Below, in pieces: positions 9,769 to 19,181 of a DNA stretch of 64,000 bases. Source of the stretch: Ferruginibacter sp. (GTDB lineage: Bacteria; Bacteroidota; Bacteroidia; Chitinophagales; Chitinophagaceae). Under the pieces are notes generated by a model, which was not told the DNA's origin, made no database searches, and saw nothing but the letters and a program-made list of their open reading frames with translations. How positions within the stretch are numbered: the stretch's first letter is position 1; every line of letters begins with the position of its first letter. Both the position numbers and the translations under genes were made by a program. The DNA lies in assembly GCA_047601875.1 (NCBI GenBank), contig JASGIL010000001.1, positions 3,645,294 to 3,709,293 of the forward strand, written 5' to 3'.

Positions 9769-9852
9769 GTTCAATATTCAACGTACAATGTTCAATATTC
9801 GTCGGAATGCCGTTGAGCATTGAACATTGGATGTTGTATATTGAATATTTTG
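9769..9852. repeat. word-hairpin family 1 (TTCAATATTCAACGTACAATGTTCAATATTC arms)
   Basis: ttcaatattcaacgtacaatgttcaatattc ... cattgaacattggatgttgtatattgaatatt. Six further copies or half-copies occur in the window. Confidence 0.8.
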
Positions 9853-9964
9853 AATGCTGCTACCCTAACGTACATCTAATCATTATATCAGCATGCCTGT
9901 AAGAACAAAATCGTAATTCACATAGCTGGATAAGTTATGCCCGTTTTTCAAATACGATTTACCC

Positions 9965-9972
9965 TATTTTTG
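9965..9972 (+). promoter_or_regulatory. candidate Bacteroidota -7 box (TAttTTTG) for cphB
   Basis: Matches TAnnTTTG, 22 nt upstream of the cphB ATG. Confidence 0.35.
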
Positions 9973-9993
9973 CGTTTTACCAAAAAAAACTAG

Positions 9994-10890
9994 ATGGAAT
10001 TTGCTAAAGGAAAATTGCTTGCTATTGGAGGTGCAGAAGACAAAGGAACCGATCTTGAAAAAGGAGAAATTCACCGCAACAATCTCAATTTTTTTGAACT
10101 TGGAATTTTAAAACGACTCGTGGAAGAAACGGGTGGTATAGATTCACGTATTGAAGTAATTACTACTGCCAGTATGATACCACATGAAGTAGGCGAAAAT
10201 TACCTGGATGCGTTTGGGAAAATAGGTTGTACAGATGTTGGCGTAATGCATATCCGCAATCGTGCCGATGCAATGAATGAAGAATACATTGATAGAATAA
10301 AAAAATGTGATGCTGTTATGTTCAGCGGTGGTAACCAACTGCGACTCACAAGTACATTTGGTGGTACACAGTTTCTTGAAATAGTATTGAGCCGTTATCA
10401 TGATGAAGCGGGCTTTCTTGTTGGAGGAACTTCAGCAGGTGCCATGGCCATGAGCAATACCATGATCTATGAAGGCAATGCGACAAAAGCACATTTAAAA
10501 GGTGAAGTAAAAATAACTACCGGCCTTGGTTTTATGGATGATGTGATCTTCGATTCTCATTTTGAAAAACGTGGTCGCTTTGGAAGGCTTGCGCAGGCGA
10601 TCGCAGCAAATCCATCCTGCATCGGTATCGGTTTGGGAGAAGATACCGGCATGCTCATCACGCAAGGCAACAGGATGGAAGCGATCGGTAGCGGACTTGT
10701 GATCATTGTTGACGGGCATGATATTCGTCACAGCAATATTGCAGATATCCCCGATGGCAACCCGATCAGTATAGAAAATTTAAAAGTGCATTTCTGTGAA
10801 AAAGGAAATGGTTATATGGTGAAAGAACGTTTGTTTCTTCCCGAAGCCAGTGAAGGTGCAGTTGTGAAGAAACAGGTGCATGTGGAATGA
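9994..10890 (+). CDS. cphB: cyanophycinase (peptidase S51)
   Basis: Begins LAIGGAEDKG, carries the Ser nucleophile context GGTSAGAMAMS, and is divergent from cphA. Confidence 0.9.
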   Translation: MEFAKGKLLAIGGAEDKGTDLEKGEIHRNNLNFFELGILKRLVEETGGIDSRIEVITTASMIPHEVGENYLDAFGKIGCTDVGVMHIRNRADAMNEEYIDRIKKCDAVMFSGGNQLRLTSTFGGTQFLEIVLSRYHDEAGFLVGGTSAGAMAMSNTMIYEGNATKAHLKGEVKITTGLGFMDDVIFDSHFEKRGRFGRLAQAIAANPSCIGIGLGEDTGMLITQGNRMEAIGSGLVIIVDGHDIRHSNIADIPDGNPISIENLKVHFCEKGNGYMVKERLFLPEASEGAVVKKQVHVE

Positions 10891-10927
10891 TTTGGATATT
10901 TGGAGATGAGCTGATTTGAAAATGTTG

Positions 10928-10952
10928 ATGCTACTTTTTAGTAGCATTTTTT
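10928..10952 (+). terminator. Rho-independent terminator of cphB
   Basis: atgctact-tttt-agtagcat followed by a T-run. Confidence 0.6.
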
Positions 10953-10963
10953 ATTCAGAAATA

Positions 10964-11043
10964 ATCAATATTCAACGTACAATGTTCAATATTCAAGTGC
11001 GTTCCGATGAGCATTGAACATTGTACGTTGAATATTGAACATT
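10964..11043. repeat. word-hairpin family 1
   Basis: tcaatattcaacgtacaatgttcaatattcaag ... gcattgaacattgtacgttgaatattgaaca, lying between the convergent cphB and tyrS. Confidence 0.8.
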
Positions 11044-11066
11044 TCTTTTTTTGCAGAGTCATCGAA

Positions 11067-12344
11067 TTATACAACCCTCACCAAATAATAGTTCTTCTTC
11101 CCTTTCTGAACCAGTAGATACTTATCATGCAACAACATTGATGCATCCAATTTCATTTGCAGGTTATCTATCTTATTCCTGTTTATACTTACACCACCCC
11201 CCTGTACCATTTTCTTTGCTTCTCCTTTACTTGGAAAAATAGAATTATCAGCAAGAAAACTAACAATATCAATACCTGCGTTAAAAACAGCAGCGGAAAA
11301 ATCTGATTTTACAATTCCTTCAATTGATTCCAGGTCTTCTTCACTCATACTTTCCGCAGCTGCATGCTGGTTTGAAAATAATTTTTGCGTTGTTTCAATT
11401 GCTTTATCAAGTTCATCTTTTCCATGAACAAACAAGGTAACTTCTTCAGCAAGTTTTTTTTGAACCAACCTTGCGCCTGGATTTTTTTCATGAGCCTCCA
11501 ACAGATCATTTATTGCTGCTTCGCTCAAAAAAGTAAAGATCTTTATCCATATTGCCGCATCACTGTCAGAAGCATTTAACCAGAACTGGTAGAAATGAAA
11601 TGGTGTTGTCTTTACGGGATCGAGCCAGATATTTCCTTTTTCTGTTTTGCCGAATTTTCCTCCGTCTGCTTTTTTAATAAGCGGGCAGGTGAAAGCAAAA
11701 GCTTCACCACCAATTTTTCTGCGGATCAGTTCAGTACCCGTAACAATATTTCCCCACTGGTCACTGCCACCCATCTGCAACCTGCAATGCTTGTTTTTAT
11801 ATAACCAGTAATAATCATAACCCTGTACCAGTTGATAAGTAAATTCAGTGAATGACATCCCGTCGCCTTCGATCCTTTTCTTTACACTGTCTTTGGCCAT
11901 CATATAATTCACCGTAATGTGTTTACCGGTGTCACGAATAAAATCAAGGAAATTCATTTCTTTGAACCAATCGTAATTGTTGGCCATTTCGGCCGCATTC
12001 GGCAATGACTTATCGAAATTCAAATATTTCTCAAGTTGTGCTTTTACGCCGGCAACATTATGATTCAGGATGTCTTCACTTAACAGGTTCCTTTCTTCAC
12101 TTTTTCCGCTTGGATCTCCAACCATACCCGTGGCGCCACCTACCAATGCAATGGGTTTATGGCCACATTGTTGGGCATGCACCAGCAATAATATGGGTAC
12201 CAGGCTGCCGATGTGCAGGCTGTCTGCCGTTGGATCGAAACCAATATAAGCCGTGGTCATTTCCTTCATCAATTGTTCTTCCGTACCCGGCATAATATCC
12301 TGTATCATTCCTCTCCATTCAAGTTCCTTTATCAGATTCTTCAT
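11067..12344 (-). CDS. tyrS: tyrosine--tRNA ligase
   Basis: Has the HIGH-type motif SLHIGSL, the KMSKS-type motif KFGKT, and a C-terminal S4-like domain. Confidence 0.95.
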   Translation of the reverse strand: MKNLIKELEWRGMIQDIMPGTEEQLMKEMTTAYIGFDPTADSLHIGSLVPILLLVHAQQCGHKPIALVGGATGMVGDPSGKSEERNLLSEDILNHNVAGVKAQLEKYLNFDKSLPNAAEMANNYDWFKEMNFLDFIRDTGKHITVNYMMAKDSVKKRIEGDGMSFTEFTYQLVQGYDYYWLYKNKHCRLQMGGSDQWGNIVTGTELIRRKIGGEAFAFTCPLIKKADGGKFGKTEKGNIWLDPVKTTPFHFYQFWLNASDSDAAIWIKIFTFLSEAAINDLLEAHEKNPGARLVQKKLAEEVTLFVHGKDELDKAIETTQKLFSNQHAAAESMSEEDLESIEGIVKSDFSAAVFNAGIDIVSFLADNSIFPSKGEAKKMVQGGGVSINRNKIDNLQMKLDASMLLHDKYLLVQKGKKNYYLVRVV

Positions 12345-12382
12345 GTTTTTTGTCGATCGTTTTGGAATGCAAAAATGCAGGA

Positions 12383-12485
12383 TTAATTTGAAGATTTGAA
12401 AATTTGAAGATTTGATGATGAGCCCAAATGCTGGTTATCACATGATGAAATTTTCAAATCTTCAAATTTTCAAATCTTCAAATCG
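12383..12485. repeat. word-hairpin family 2
   Basis: tttgaagatttgaaaatttgaagatttgatgatg ... attttcaaatcttcaaattttcaaatcttcaaatc. Confidence 0.75.
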
Positions 12486-12687
12486 AATTCCGTACAACAT
12501 TTTACTTAAAAAGAGTATCTTAAAAAAGACCAGTTTAGTGAATAAATTATTAAGCCTTAAGCGGGTTTTAATCGTAAATTTGAAATAGCTTTATATATGC
12601 TGTATATGAGATATTTACACAATTTGTAAAGTAAAATTACGTTTACAAATATTAGTTATCCAAAATTCAGGCTTACAATCCAAACAT

Positions 12688-13797
12688 ATGAGACGTAATC
12701 TCGCTGCTTTTACTCTGCTTCTATTTCTATTTCCACTAGTCGGATTCTCACAATTCCGGATCTATTCCAATGAATTTTTAAACATAGGTGCAGGTGCAAG
12801 GGGCCTTGGTATGGGTAATGCACAGGTCGCTTCTGTAAAAGATGCAACTGCAGGTTATTGGAATCCTGCGGGGCTTACCGGTGTAAAAGATTACGTAAAT
12901 GCTTCTGCCATGCATGCCGAGTATTTTGCCGGCATTGCAAAATATGAATATGCTTCCGTAGCGGTTCCGGTACAGGATAATAAAAGAACGCTTGGATTTT
13001 CTCTTTTACGTTTTGCTGTGGACGATATTCCGAACACACTTTACCTGGTTCAACCAGATGGCAGTGTTAACTACAATAACATAGAAACTTTTTCTTCGGC
13101 AGACTATGCTTTTCTTTTATCCTTTGCACAAAACATAAAGGATACAGAAAAAAAGAAATTAAGCTTTGGTGTAAATGCGAAGATCATTTACAGGAAAGTT
13201 GGCCATTTTGCAAATGCATGGGGATTGGGTATTGATGCGGGATTACAAATGCATGTGGACAGGTGGCATCTCGGCCTCGTTGTACGTGATCTTACAACCA
13301 CCTACAATGCATGGACATTTAAATTCTCTGACAGGGAGAAACAGGTTTTATACCTCACCAACAATGATATACCGGTGAAATCAACAGAATTAACAGCTCC
13401 AAGAATGATACTTGGCGGTGGTTATAATTTCCGTATCAGCAAGGCTGTAAGTTTAATGGCAGAAGTAAATGCTGATGTTACTTTCGACGGCAAACGCAAT
13501 ACGATCATAAGCAGCAAACCTGTTAGTGTGGACCCGCATGTTGGCCTTGAAGCAGGCATAAAGGATATATTCTTTGTGCGTGCAGGTATTACCAATTTTC
13601 AAAGAGCACTGGCAGATGAAGATACTTTGAATCAAAAGAAAGTATGGATCTACCAGCCAAGCTTAGGAGCAGGTTTCAAGATCAAAAATTTTAGTTTTGA
13701 TTATGCATTTACAAATCTTGCCAATCAAAACAATCCATTGTATACGCATGTTTTTTCTATAAGGCTCAATATTGTGAGCCAGAAAAAGAAAAAATAA
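12688..13797 (+). CDS. PorV/PorQ-family outer-membrane beta-barrel protein (T9SS-associated)
   Basis: Has a signal peptide and the N-terminal motif GARGLGMGNAQVASVKDATAGYWNPAGL. Lies immediately upstream of the C25/PorU-like gene. Confidence 0.6.
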   Translation: MRRNLAAFTLLLFLFPLVGFSQFRIYSNEFLNIGAGARGLGMGNAQVASVKDATAGYWNPAGLTGVKDYVNASAMHAEYFAGIAKYEYASVAVPVQDNKRTLGFSLLRFAVDDIPNTLYLVQPDGSVNYNNIETFSSADYAFLLSFAQNIKDTEKKKLSFGVNAKIIYRKVGHFANAWGLGIDAGLQMHVDRWHLGLVVRDLTTTYNAWTFKFSDREKQVLYLTNNDIPVKSTELTAPRMILGGGYNFRISKAVSLMAEVNADVTFDGKRNTIISSKPVSVDPHVGLEAGIKDIFFVRAGITNFQRALADEDTLNQKKVWIYQPSLGAGFKIKNFSFDYAFTNLANQNNPLYTHVFSIRLNIVSQKKKK

Positions 13798-13812
13798 TAA
13801 TTCATAAAACAA

Positions 13813-16800
13813 ATGTTGAAAAAATTACTCATCCCCCTATTTATGTTGCTGGCTTCAGCAACGTATGCCCAGCTGAATAATCAATGGATAGACTACAGTA
13901 AAACTTATTATAAGTTCAGGCTTGCAAAAGATACGCTTTGCAGGATCTCGCAGGGTACACTTGCTACTGTGGGGCTTGGAAGCGTACCTGCGGAACAGTT
14001 CCAGCTTTGGAGGAACGGTGAACAAGTGCGTTTGTACACTTCAGTTAGCGCCGGCCCGTTAGGTGGCAGTGGTTATATAGAATTCTGGGGACTTATGAAC
14101 GACGGTAAACCTGATAACCAGCTCTTCAGGCAGTCCGATTTTCAGCTTGCAGACAGGTATAGCCTGGAGAACGATACATCAAGTTATTATCTTACTGTAA
14201 ATCCTGCAGGAGGAAACCTGAGATTTACAGATGCAGCAAATCCTAACCCCGGTTCAATGACGTCTGATCCGTATTTCATGCGCAGCATTGATTATGCTTA
14301 CAGGAACCAGATAAACAGGGGAGAGGCAAGGATCATATCAGAATATATCTATTCTTCATCCTATGATCCTGCTGAAGGATGGGCAAGCAATACCATTGCC
14401 CCTTGTTGCGACCTTACACAACAAATAAATAACCTGAATGTATATACCGCCGGGCCCACAAACGGGCTATCGGTAAGGGTTAATGCCGCAGGTACAGCCA
14501 ATAATGTGAGGAACCTCAGGATAAAACTTTTCTCAAATGATATTACGCAGACACCTTATGGTTCGCCGATAGACCTGTCTCTTTTCACTTACAAAAAGGT
14601 AAACCTTACAGGTCTTCCAATCTCATTATTACAAAGCACATCATTGTTGCTGGTCAATATTGGCAATACATCTACGAATTCAAATGACAGGCTCGTTGTT
14701 GCAAGCCTTGGTGTAACCTATCCCGCAACTTTTAATTTCAATAGCCAGAAGTACTTTTCTTTTAGCCTGGCACCATCTGCTTCGGGTAATTACCTGCAGA
14801 TAGATAATTTTAATTACGGCAGCACCGCCCCGGTATTGTATGATCTTAATACAGGTGCACGTTATACAGGAGATATCAGTTCAGCACCACAGGTAAGATT
14901 TGTACTTCCTCCTTCTTCAGATCCTGAAAGAAAATTCATCCTTGTGAATGAAGAGGGATCTATGCCAATCAATTCCCTTTCACAAAAGAACTTTACAGAT
15001 TTTTCTGCTCCTGCAAACCAGGGAAATTATATCATTATCAGCAACCCTGTTTTATATAACGATGGCAGTGGTAATAATTACGTTGATCAATACAGGCAAT
15101 ACCGTAGCTCTGTAGCAGGCGGAGGGTATAATGCAAAAATTTATGATATCAATGAGTTGACAGAACAGTTTGGATTTGGCATAAAAAATCATCCCGGTGC
15201 AATAAGAGATTTTATACGTTATACAAATAACCATTTTGATCCACACCCACAATACGTATTTATTATAGGAAGGGGTATGGATTATATAAGCCAGAAACAA
15301 AACGAAGCAAACCCGCTGGCAGCACAGCTTGACCTGGTGCCTACTTTTGGCTGGCCGGCATCAGATGTTTTGCTTGCATCTTTACCGGGAACATCTTTAC
15401 CGCTGGTTCCTATCGGAAGATTGGGGGCTATTAATGGTAGTGAAGTAAGTAGTTACCTGCAAAAAATTATTGAGTATGAACAGGTGCAACAATCATCTTC
15501 TTCATCGATCGCCGACAGGGCATGGATGAAAAAGATCATGCACATCGTAGGTGGAAAAGACAGTGCAGAAAATGCAATGTTTAAGTATTATATGGAAGGT
15601 TATGAAGAGATCGCTGAAGATACACTTTGGGGTGGTAATGTTGAAACGTTTTTAAAAAATTCGACTGGTACCGTGCAGCAGGCTAGCAGTGATCGCATTG
15701 AACAATTGATCAATGGCGGACTTGGATTCATTGGTTACTTCGGTCACTCATCGGCAAATACATTTGAATTCAATCTTAGCAACCCGGATATATATACCAA
15801 TGCCGGTAAATATCCATTCTTTAATGTGAGTGGTTGTAGCGCAGGTAACTTCTTTATTTTCGATCCACTCAGGTTAAGTGGTAATTTATCATTATCAGAA
15901 AAATATGTTTTAGCACATCAACGTGGAAGTATCGGGTTCCTTGCAGATACGCACTATGGTATTCCACAGGTTCTGGATCCGTATAATACACAATTGTATA
16001 CAGCCATTTCAAGAACGATGTACGGTAATACCATCGGTAACCAGATGGTACGTACAATACAAAATTTAGGTGGTGCAGACCCTGGCCTGAACTATTATAC
16101 AAGGATACACGTAGAAGAGCTGACACTTCATGGTGACCCGGCGCTTAAAATAAATACATTTGAAAAACCGGATTATGCGATCGAGGACCAGGATGTAAGG
16201 ATCAGCCCGAATATTATAACGGTTGCGGATGCCAGTTTTTCTGTTAACATTAAAATGCACAATTTAGGACGTGCAACAAACGATTCTATCTGGGTTTCTG
16301 TAAAAAGAAAACTACCAAATGATTCAATACGTGTTTTATCTCATGAACTGATCCGTGGAATAAGGAACCTCGATTCAATTGTTCTTCCTGCTGTAACTAT
16401 TATCCCAACTTCGGATAAAGGATTGAACCAGATCATTGTTACGCTTGATGAAACCAACAGGGTTGATGAATTGTATGAAACAAACAATACCGTTACCAAA
16501 GAATTTTACATTTTTGAAGATGAGTTACGTCCTACGTTCCCATATGATTACTCTATCATCAACCAGCAAAATATTACTTATGTTGCCAATACGGCCGATC
16601 CGCTTAGCGCCGGGCAACGGCAATATGTAATGGAGATTGATACAACTGAATTATTCAACTCTCCATTTAAAAAATCCTATAACCAAACAGGCGGGGGTGG
16701 TATCGTAGAATTTACACCAACGAATATAACCTTTACCGATAGTACTGTTTATTACTGGCGTGTTGCAATGGTTCCAAGCGGATCTGCTGCTTATATCTGG

Positions 16801-18939
16801 AATGGATTTTCATTTATATACCTTCCAAATAGTTCAACTGGTTTTAACCAGTCGCATTATTACCAGCATTTAAAATCTACTTATTCAAACATTACGCTGG
16901 ATGCAGACAGGAAATTCCGTTTTAAAGAACTTCCGAGAAATTTGATTATCCGTACAGGACTCTATCCTTATTTTGCGGCCTTCGATATCAACGTTAACCT
17001 TGATGTTGAGCAATTGGAATTATATGGATGCAGGTATAGAAGTATACAGGTTTATGTTTTTGATACCACCACGCTCAGGCCATGGCGCAACTACAATGTA
17101 ACAACTCCTCAAGGACTATCGGGTAGGTTTGGTAGTTACCCCGTATGTCAAAACAGTGCTACGCCAAATGATCCATCAAGGGCATTTTTTGAATTCCCTT
17201 ATTATGATGCACCGCATAGAAAAGCTGCCATCGACTTTATAACAGATTCAATTCCCGATGGAATGTATGTTGCTATCACCAACCTTGGGTTAACGACCAA
17301 TACTTTTTTCATCAGGCATTGGAAAGACGATACACTAGCATTGGGATCGGGCCATTCATTGTATCATACCTTAAAAAATATCGGGTTTACCCAGATAGAT
17401 AGTTTTTATCACAACCTTCCCTTCCTTTATTTTTATCAGAAAGGAATGCCTGGCTATACACCAAGGCAGGTGATGGGACCAACCGATACTGTTAAGATCG
17501 ATGAAACATTTACATTAAGAACGATCAGTACAGAAGGTTCGATACAGTCTGTGAATTACGGTCCTGCACGTGCATGGACGTCTATGCATTGGCGTGGGTC
17601 GAGTGTGGATACTGATCCGCAAACGGATAGTGTAGAGGTTGAGGTCTGGGGTGTGAGGGTAAATGGTACAGCAGATTCACTTGCAACTGTAAATCCATCG
17701 CAGGATACAACACTGAACTTTGTGAATGCAACTACATATCCATACCTGCGACTGAAAATGAAGAATGCAGATAGGCTACACATTACACCACACCAGTTAA
17801 GATACCTGCGTGTAAATGCCGACCTCGTTCCGGAAGGAGCGGTAGCACCGGGCATCGTATACCAGATGAAAGATAGCGTGTTGCAGGGTGAGCCCATTGA
17901 GTTTAAACTTGCATTTAAAAATATCAGCCAGACTGCATTTGACAGTTTACTAAAAGTGAACCTGGTTGTAAAAGACAGGAATAATGTTGATCATCCATTG
18001 CCTATACCAAAACGTAAAGCATTGGTAGCAGGCGATACCCTGATCATTAGTTATACAATTGATACAAAAGATCTTCCAGGCCTTAATACACTTGCCATAG
18101 ATGTGAATCCTGCTTTTGACCAGCCTGAACAATATCATTACAACAATGTACTGTTCAAAGAATTTTATGTGAAAGAAGACCTGTTCAATCCATTGCTGGA
18201 TGTAACGTTTGATGGTATACATATTTTAAACAGGGATATCGTATCGGCAAAACCACATATACTTATTAAACTGAAAGATGAAAGCCGTTTCCTTGAATTG
18301 AAAGATACCAACTCAATAAAATTACAGGTAAGGTATCCTGACAACAGCCTGCACACTTATTACTTTGGAGATACGATGCGCTTTACACCAGCTAATTTAG
18401 CAAATGGTGAGAACAGCGCCAGCATCGACTTTAATCCAAACTTCATAACTGCTGATCAGTCGGAAGAGGGTGAAGATTATGAGTTGATCGTTACCGGTAA
18501 AGATGCGGTAGGAAATAAAGCAGGCGATCTCGATTATCATGTAATGTTCAAAGTGATCAACAAGCCGATGATCTCAAACCTTTTCAACTACCCAAATCCG
18601 TTTACAACATCAACAGCATTTGTATTTACTGTTACAGGAAGTGAAATTCCGCAAATGCGTATCCAGATATTAACGATCACCGGGAAAGTTGTAAAAGAAA
18701 TTCCAAGGAGTGAACTCGGTAATATCCATATCGGGAATAATATCACTGATTACAAATGGGACGGTACCGATATGTACGGACAAAAACTTGCAAACGGTGT
18801 TTACATTTACAGGGTGATCACTTCTTTAAACGGTAAGAAAATGGATAAATATAAAACGCTCTTTGGCACCGGATCTAATCAAAAGAATACCGATAAATTA
18901 TTTAATAAAGGATACGGAAAAATGTATTTGATGAGATAG
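13813..18939 (+). CDS. giant C25-family cysteine peptidase, PorU-like T9SS sortase candidate with a T9SS C-terminal sorting domain
   Basis: His/Cys dyad contexts are GYFGHSSANTFEF and NVSGCSAGNFF. The C-terminal domain is CTD-like: NYPNPFTTSTAFVFTV...ANGVYIYRVI. Confidence 0.7.
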   Translation: MLKKLLIPLFMLLASATYAQLNNQWIDYSKTYYKFRLAKDTLCRISQGTLATVGLGSVPAEQFQLWRNGEQVRLYTSVSAGPLGGSGYIEFWGLMNDGKPDNQLFRQSDFQLADRYSLENDTSSYYLTVNPAGGNLRFTDAANPNPGSMTSDPYFMRSIDYAYRNQINRGEARIISEYIYSSSYDPAEGWASNTIAPCCDLTQQINNLNVYTAGPTNGLSVRVNAAGTANNVRNLRIKLFSNDITQTPYGSPIDLSLFTYKKVNLTGLPISLLQSTSLLLVNIGNTSTNSNDRLVVASLGVTYPATFNFNSQKYFSFSLAPSASGNYLQIDNFNYGSTAPVLYDLNTGARYTGDISSAPQVRFVLPPSSDPERKFILVNEEGSMPINSLSQKNFTDFSAPANQGNYIIISNPVLYNDGSGNNYVDQYRQYRSSVAGGGYNAKIYDINELTEQFGFGIKNHPGAIRDFIRYTNNHFDPHPQYVFIIGRGMDYISQKQNEANPLAAQLDLVPTFGWPASDVLLASLPGTSLPLVPIGRLGAINGSEVSSYLQKIIEYEQVQQSSSSSIADRAWMKKIMHIVGGKDSAENAMFKYYMEGYEEIAEDTLWGGNVETFLKNSTGTVQQASSDRIEQLINGGLGFIGYFGHSSANTFEFNLSNPDIYTNAGKYPFFNVSGCSAGNFFIFDPLRLSGNLSLSEKYVLAHQRGSIGFLADTHYGIPQVLDPYNTQLYTAISRTMYGNTIGNQMVRTIQNLGGADPGLNYYTRIHVEELTLHGDPALKINTFEKPDYAIEDQDVRISPNIITVADASFSVNIKMHNLGRATNDSIWVSVKRKLPNDSIRVLSHELIRGIRNLDSIVLPAVTIIPTSDKGLNQIIVTLDETNRVDELYETNNTVTKEFYIFEDELRPTFPYDYSIINQQNITYVANTADPLSAGQRQYVMEIDTTELFNSPFKKSYNQTGGGGIVEFTPTNITFTDSTVYYWRVAMVPSGSAAYIWNGFSFIYLPNSSTGFNQSHYYQHLKSTYSNITLDADRKFRFKELPRNLIIRTGLYPYFAAFDINVNLDVEQLELYGCRYRSIQVYVFDTTTLRPWRNYNVTTPQGLSGRFGSYPVCQNSATPNDPSRAFFEFPYYDAPHRKAAIDFITDSIPDGMYVAITNLGLTTNTFFIRHWKDDTLALGSGHSLYHTLKNIGFTQIDSFYHNLPFLYFYQKGMPGYTPRQVMGPTDTVKIDETFTLRTISTEGSIQSVNYGPARAWTSMHWRGSSVDTDPQTDSVEVEVWGVRVNGTADSLATVNPSQDTTLNFVNATTYPYLRLKMKNADRLHITPHQLRYLRVNADLVPEGAVAPGIVYQMKDSVLQGEPIEFKLAFKNISQTAFDSLLKVNLVVKDRNNVDHPLPIPKRKALVAGDTLIISYTIDTKDLPGLNTLAIDVNPAFDQPEQYHYNNVLFKEFYVKEDLFNPLLDVTFDGIHILNRDIVSAKPHILIKLKDESRFLELKDTNSIKLQVRYPDNSLHTYYFGDTMRFTPANLANGENSASIDFNPNFITADQSEEGEDYELIVTGKDAVGNKAGDLDYHVMFKVINKPMISNLFNYPNPFTTSTAFVFTVTGSEIPQMRIQILTITGKVVKEIPRSELGNIHIGNNITDYKWDGTDMYGQKLANGVYIYRVITSLNGKKMDKYKTLFGTGSNQKNTDKLFNKGYGKMYLMR

Positions 18940-18959
18940 TGCTCATAAATTGGAAAATA

Positions 18960-18990
18960 AAAAGCTGCTTCTCTCTGGGGCAGCTTTTTT
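18960..18990 (+). terminator. Rho-independent terminator
   Basis: aaagctgc...gcagcttttttatt. Confidence 0.65.
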
Positions 18991-19025
18991 ATTAATAGTA
19001 AGTTTATTTCGAATGTGGCTTTTTT

Positions 19026-19112
19026 GAATTTTCAATATCCAACGTACAATGTTCAATGCTCAGGAAATTCCGATGAAAATTGAACATTGTACGTTGGATA
19101 TTGAAAATTTTT
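19026..19112. repeat. word-hairpin family 1
   Basis: ttttcaatatccaacgtacaatgttcaatgctc ... aaaattgaacattgtacgttggatattgaaaa. Confidence 0.8.
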
Positions 19113-19151
19113 TACAAGAGCTATCCTTAAGATAAAGTCCCTATCAATCAT

Positions 19152-19159
19152 TAGCTTTG
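19152..19159 (+). promoter_or_regulatory. candidate -7 box (TAgcTTTG)
   Basis: TAnnTTTG match 23 nt upstream of the Hsp70 gene start. Confidence 0.35.
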
Positions 19160-19181
19160 CCAAAAAAAGAGCTACACCACA

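Noticed and set aside
12345-12687. T-box or other leader upstream of tyrS
   Set aside because: The region is occupied by a family-2 word-hairpin and AT-rich sequence. No specifier-loop or T-box motif is recognisable, and T-boxes are not expected in this phylum.
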